Below, piece by piece: positions 16,843 through 20,000 of a stretch of DNA of 20,000 bases. The notes under the pieces are model-generated. The model was not told the origin of the DNA and did not search any database. It saw nothing but the letters and a program-made list of their open reading frames with translations. The stretch's first letter is position 1. Each line of letters opens with the position of its first letter. This stretch comes from an uncultured virus (IMG/VR IMGVR_UViG_3300025033_000017). Lineage: Duplodnaviria > Heunggongvirae > Uroviricota > Caudoviricetes. A program made the position numbers and the translations under genes. The stretch lies in IMG/VR virus record IMGVR_UViG_3300025033_000017. One strand, 5' to 3'.

Positions 16843-17015
16843 TGACAAACTGGGCAGACCTAATTTTCTCCGCGATCAATTTGTGGACTGCCCCGACATA
16901 TCTACCAAGGAAGTGCCAGAAGCGGTGTAAGTTAGACGATTCTGGCACTTACTGCACTGGATGTTATCGGACAATAGAGCAGATAAAAGAAGCCGGAAGG
17001 AAGAAAAATGAGTGA
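16839..17015 (+). CDS. Small Cys-rich protein, DUF1289-like (58 aa, not in the ORF track)
   Basis: CQKRCKLDDSGTYCTGCYRTIEQI fits Cx3C...CxGCxRT. ATGA overlap with the RNR stop. Confidence 0.7.
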   Translation: MMTNWADLIFSAINLWTAPTYLPRKCQKRCKLDDSGTYCTGCYRTIEQIKEAGRKKNE

Positions 17016-17295
17016 TTATATTGGTTATGCAAATTTATTGAAGTTGGTAGATGAAATGGTGGATGAACATAGTCTGGTTCTTGCTGATGGAGTTAGAGAA
17101 TTTGACTCCGGCGGCATGAATTATGAAGAACTAAAGGGTTTGGTCACGAACAAAATGGTTCAACTTGTTATGGATATTTACGCGGACAGGAATATGACCG
17201 ACCTAGAAAAAACCGTGTCAATCATTTCATCCATGAGTTACTTGAGCATGGAAAATTTTGTGATACATGTAGATAGGTTGAAGAAAGGTTATTGA
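17008..17295 (+). CDS. Hypothetical protein (95 aa)
   Basis: Intact ORF with a purine-rich RBS. Confidence 0.65.
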   Translation: MSDYIGYANLLKLVDEMVDEHSLVLADGVREFDSGGMNYEELKGLVTNKMVQLVMDIYADRNMTDLEKTVSIISSMSYLSMENFVIHVDRLKKGY

Positions 17296-17725
17296 TCATG
17301 GTCGCGTTTGGGGCGATTATTGTTATTATTGCGGTGAGTTTCATGAGTTATCCGACATGCAACAGCGCGAAATCTGGGTAGTAACTGGAAAGTCGGGTGG
17401 TTCGACAACGTATCGCGGGTCGATGCACGGTTAAAGTGGTGGAAAGAATGGTAGCCGAAGACAAACCGGGGGTGGCGTCTCATATAACACGGGTCGCAAA
17501 TATTACAAACGAAAACCGGTTTTGATATGTAACGAGCGCATTCAAGAAGAACAGGAACAAGCGACGCGAGCAGCCAAGGTCAAATCGACATATGAATCAT
17601 TTGCGATAAAACTGTTTGGTGTAGGTATAGGTGCGGTTGTACTCGCAAATATATTTTCTTGGTTTAGCCCAGTGATACCATTTTTGATTATAACAGTTGC
17701 AATTTTAATATTCTTGAAAGGATGA
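17282..17725 (+). pseudogene. Disrupted Zn-finger-like membrane protein gene (the track ORF 17522-17725 is its 3' part)
   Basis: One frame reads CYYCGE...TGKSGGS...*SGGKNG...YYKRKPVLICNER plus two TM helices. In-frame TAA at 17432-17434, no clear start, and the second CxxC appears as CNER. Confidence 0.5.
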
Positions 17726-17728
17726 ATA

Positions 17729-18049
17729 ATGCTAAAGTTTGAGTATTCTGATGATGAAAGTACATTGACACGCAGTATCTTCAGGGAAGATATGACGTGG
17801 GATGAGGCGTTTCAATATTTCTTCGAGTTTCTTGGAGGTTGTGGATATATTTTTCCAAAGGAAGTTAACAGTTTTGATGAACTAATAAACATATATCACC
17901 CCGTGCCGGAGGTTCATGAAGAATTCAAGAATTTTCGACCAATGTGTTCAAAGCCTCAACATATCGGTTGTCCCGCGAGACTAGATTCTGGCGAATGTGA
18001 AACTGTGGAATATTGTATTTGGAAGGAATCTAATGAATCGATGGAATGA
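17729..18049 (+). CDS. Hypothetical protein (106 aa)
   Basis: Intact ORF, AAGGA RBS, FFEFLGGCGY motif and Cys-containing tail. Confidence 0.65.
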   Translation: MLKFEYSDDESTLTRSIFREDMTWDEAFQYFFEFLGGCGYIFPKEVNSFDELINIYHPVPEVHEEFKNFRPMCSKPQHIGCPARLDSGECETVEYCIWKESNESME

Positions 18050-18494
18050 TTACTTCATGGACTTGGCAATAAGATCGTCCGAAATGTCTTATTGCAACAG
18101 GTTGAAAGTTGGTGCTACTGCTGTTCGGGATAATCGCCCAATACTAAGTTCTTGGAATGGTACGCCTACTGGATCGGACAATTGTTGTGAAGAAACAAAA
18201 TCTCGATGGGTAACTGATGAGTATGGTTTGAACGGTAAAACTGAATATTATACCGTGACCAAAGATGAGGTTTCTCATGCTGAGGAAAATTTGATTACTT
18301 GGGCTGCCAAAGAGGGGATTTCTCTCAATGGGTGTACTTTATACGTTACCCACAACCCATGTGTTCATTGCGCAAAGTTGATAAAAAAATCTGGTATCGA
18401 ACATGTTGTATGGAAAGATCAATATCGAAGCGATGCTGGCCTGAATTATTTTACTAAATATCAGGTTAAAACAACTCAGTATACAAAGACATGA
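18033..18494 (+). CDS. cd: dCMP deaminase
   Basis: SYCNRLKVGA, NGTP, HAEEN and PCVHC Zn motifs. ATG at 18033 with an AAGGA RBS. Confidence 0.95.
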   Translation: MNRWNDYFMDLAIRSSEMSYCNRLKVGATAVRDNRPILSSWNGTPTGSDNCCEETKSRWVTDEYGLNGKTEYYTVTKDEVSHAEENLITWAAKEGISLNGCTLYVTHNPCVHCAKLIKKSGIEHVVWKDQYRSDAGLNYFTKYQVKTTQYTKT

Positions 18495-18631
18495 AAATAA
18501 AGATTTTTTGCTGGGAATGTGATACAGAATTCAGTGTATCGTATCAAGGGGATGAACCTCTACATCATTGCCCATTATGCGGGGCTGATCTAGAAGTCAA
18601 CGATGAGGATGTAACACAAGAATCAGATTAA
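18491..18631 (+). CDS. Small zinc-ribbon protein (46 aa, not in the ORF track)
   Basis: MKIKIFCWECDTEFSV...HCPLCGADL with an acidic tail. ATGA overlap. Confidence 0.75.
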   Translation: MKIKIFCWECDTEFSVSYQGDEPLHHCPLCGADLEVNDEDVTQESD

Positions 18632-19063
18632 CGCTGCTTCTAGTTCATTATGAAGATTCGGAGTCTTGGCGAACCAGTTCCGCATTATCTTTGCCCTAAT
18701 ATTTCCATTCAGGCATAATGGATCAAACAGGGCACCAGTTTTGTAAAGTGCCCATTCTTCCGAATATGCCATGGCTCCCATCGTAGTGACGAATATTAAT
18801 ATTTTTCGTTCAAACTGATTCGGATCGGCTTTTGCTAATCCTTTGATTTCATCGTTGGATGACCAGTAGTCTTTCCAGTCACTCTCTTTTCTGATTTTCT
18901 TCTTCTTACCATTGACAGTCTTTGTTGCTGACTTTGTAAGTAAACGTCTTCCTATATACCATTTCCCCGTTGTTTTTTGTGTTATCTTATAGATGAATCC
19001 AATAGACCCTACTGGTATCGCGTCATCTGTTATAGGCACTCCGTTGTAAATCCATGAATTCAT
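18623..19063 (-). CDS. GIY-YIG family endonuclease-like protein (catalytic domain only)
   Basis: GFIYKIT...WYIGRR, KESDWKDYWSS, conserved E (EE) and N (LNGNI). The only credible minus-strand gene in the window. Confidence 0.82.
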   Translation of the reverse strand: MNSWIYNGVPITDDAIPVGSIGFIYKITQKTTGKWYIGRRLLTKSATKTVNGKKKKIRKESDWKDYWSSNDEIKGLAKADPNQFERKILIFVTTMGAMAYSEEWALYKTGALFDPLCLNGNIRAKIMRNWFAKTPNLHNELEAALI

Positions 19064-19081
19064 TGAGTTTTCTCTGGTGTG

Positions 19082-19110
19082 TTGACATTAATTCGTTCCT
19101 AATGTAGTAT
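19082..19110 (+). promoter_or_regulatory. Sigma70-like early promoter
   Basis: TTGACA-N17-TAGTAT, then a GGAG RBS and the ATG at 19137. Confidence 0.75.
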
Positions 19111-19136
19111 ATATGCAGTGAAAACGGAGAAGATCA

Positions 19137-19761
19137 TGAAAAACTTTAAAGTTGGTGACTTGGTGACTTGGTGACTTGGTGACTTGGTTAACCACTCACA
19201 ACATTACTTTGAGAGCACTGGGAGCCCATTGATTCTCTCACTTATGGTATAGTCACTGAAGTTTATTTTTTTGCTGGCGATTCTGATCTGGTCGCCGTTG
19301 CCGCCGGCCGCGTGTTCATTGGCAGGGTGAAGCGGGGGTCGGTCGTGACGCTGCAAGTCATGACATCAACGATTTCTTTGCTAGTAAAAATGACATATGA
19401 TTTTTATGGTACACCACTTGGACGTATGTGGTCTACTGCTGATCATGAACAACAACATTACATTTTCCGCCGCGAACTAAAATATTGATTGACGGAAACT
19501 GAAGAGCAGAAACTGGGTGTAATTTCTCATTTCGCTCCGCATCCGATTACATGTGCCCCGAAATATGGAAAATCAGCAATAAACACATATTTTATAGAAA
19601 ATATGGAAGAATTTACGGGATGGGAAGGACTATGGTTATTTGGGCATACTCATGCGCGTGATGAATGGAAAGTTGGTGATACTCGATTGATTACCAACGC
19701 AAGAGGATATGGCAGTGAACTTGAAGGTAAATTTGACGACAAACTAATCATTGAAATATAA
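19137..19761 (+). pseudogene. Decayed or chimeric locus: disrupted small ORF joined to the 3' half of a calcineurin-like metallophosphoesterase
   Basis: The C-terminal motifs VISHFAP, LWLFGHTH and TNARGY are present, but the N-terminal DxH, GD and GNHE motifs are not recognisable. In-frame TGA at 19486-19488, and an INDF motif in another frame upstream. Confidence 0.7.
19152..19188 (+). repeat. 8-bp tandem repeat (TTGGTGAC) x4.6
   Basis: Four perfect units plus TTGGT, located at the start of a coding frame. Confidence 0.95.
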
Positions 19762-19762
19762 T

Positions 19763-20000
19763 ATGTATATAATGGAAATTAATGGGACAGGATACGTTCC
19801 ATATGAACCTTACAAGTATCCAAACTTCATTATGTTTCCGGAGACAGTTCTTATATCTAGACAAAGTGATTATACTAAAACTATTATCATAAACTGGTTG
19901 CAGAATTATCCTCCTGTTGCACATGGTTGGAATTTGATAAAGTATTTTGAAGACAAATTTTTCGTAACAATTGCAATAAGGTTTAACCCTAATCATGGAC
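19763..20000 (+). CDS. Hypothetical protein, runs off the window end
   Basis: Frame MYIMEINGTGYVPYEPYKYPNF... is open to position 20000 and starts right after the previous stop. Confidence 0.5.
   Translation, partial: MYIMEINGTGYVPYEPYKYPNFIMFPETVLISRQSDYTKTIIINWLQNYPPVAHGWNLIKYFEDKFFVTIAIRFNPNHG

Noticed and set aside
225..16948. Many short alternative-frame and minus-strand ORFs in the track (e.g. 2589-2936, 3652-4131, 5812-6090, 15345-15641)
   Set aside because: They lie within well-supported + strand genes and have no motifs or RBS; they are shadow ORFs.
17375..17410. tRNA-like fragments (TAGTAACTGGAAA and GGTTCGA)
   Set aside because: The spacing is too short for a cloverleaf and there is no acceptor stem or CCA. 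It is better explained as a disrupted coding frame.
19152..19188. CRISPR-like or guide array
   Set aside because: Contiguous 8-bp units with no spacers. No repeat-spacer array was seen anywhere in the window.
13983..19488. Genome-wide stop-codon reassignment (TGA=Trp at 14262 and 19486)
   Set aside because: TGA ends many genuine genes, often in ATGA overlaps (3338, 4806, 16842, 18494); TGG is used normally; other lesions are TAA or frameshifts.
19748..19996. 82-aa minus-strand ORF
   Set aside because: It is the antisense shadow of a + strand ORF starting at 19763, which the track missed because it has no stop in the window.

Overview
A 20 kb segment of a T4-like (myovirus) phage genome, almost entirely + strand, probably from a Gram-negative host (spanin pair, IHF-consensus site). 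Order: 3' part of the gp41 helicase; a hairpin-rich or decayed spacer; an AT-rich putative PD-(D/E)XK nuclease whose RBS is folded into a hairpin capped by a T4-type late promoter; four late genes that all begin with a T4 internal-protein-like capsid-targeting and protease-cleavage leader (RNA-ligase-like nucleotidyltransferase, HxGH nucleotidyltransferase, SH3-like protein, very acidic protein); virion genes; a lysis-type cassette (i-spanin, o-spanin, permuted NlpC/P60, holin-like); a structured intergenic region (candidate origin); gp61 primase; and a nucleotide-metabolism block (HD hydrolase, ThyX, dUTPase, class II RNR, dCMP deaminase) interspersed with several pseudogenised accessory genes and a GIY-YIG gene. 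The best candidate for a new system is the apparently capsid-packaged ligase-like plus nucleotidyltransferase module at 2064-5780. All calls come from motif recognition by eye; no searches were run.
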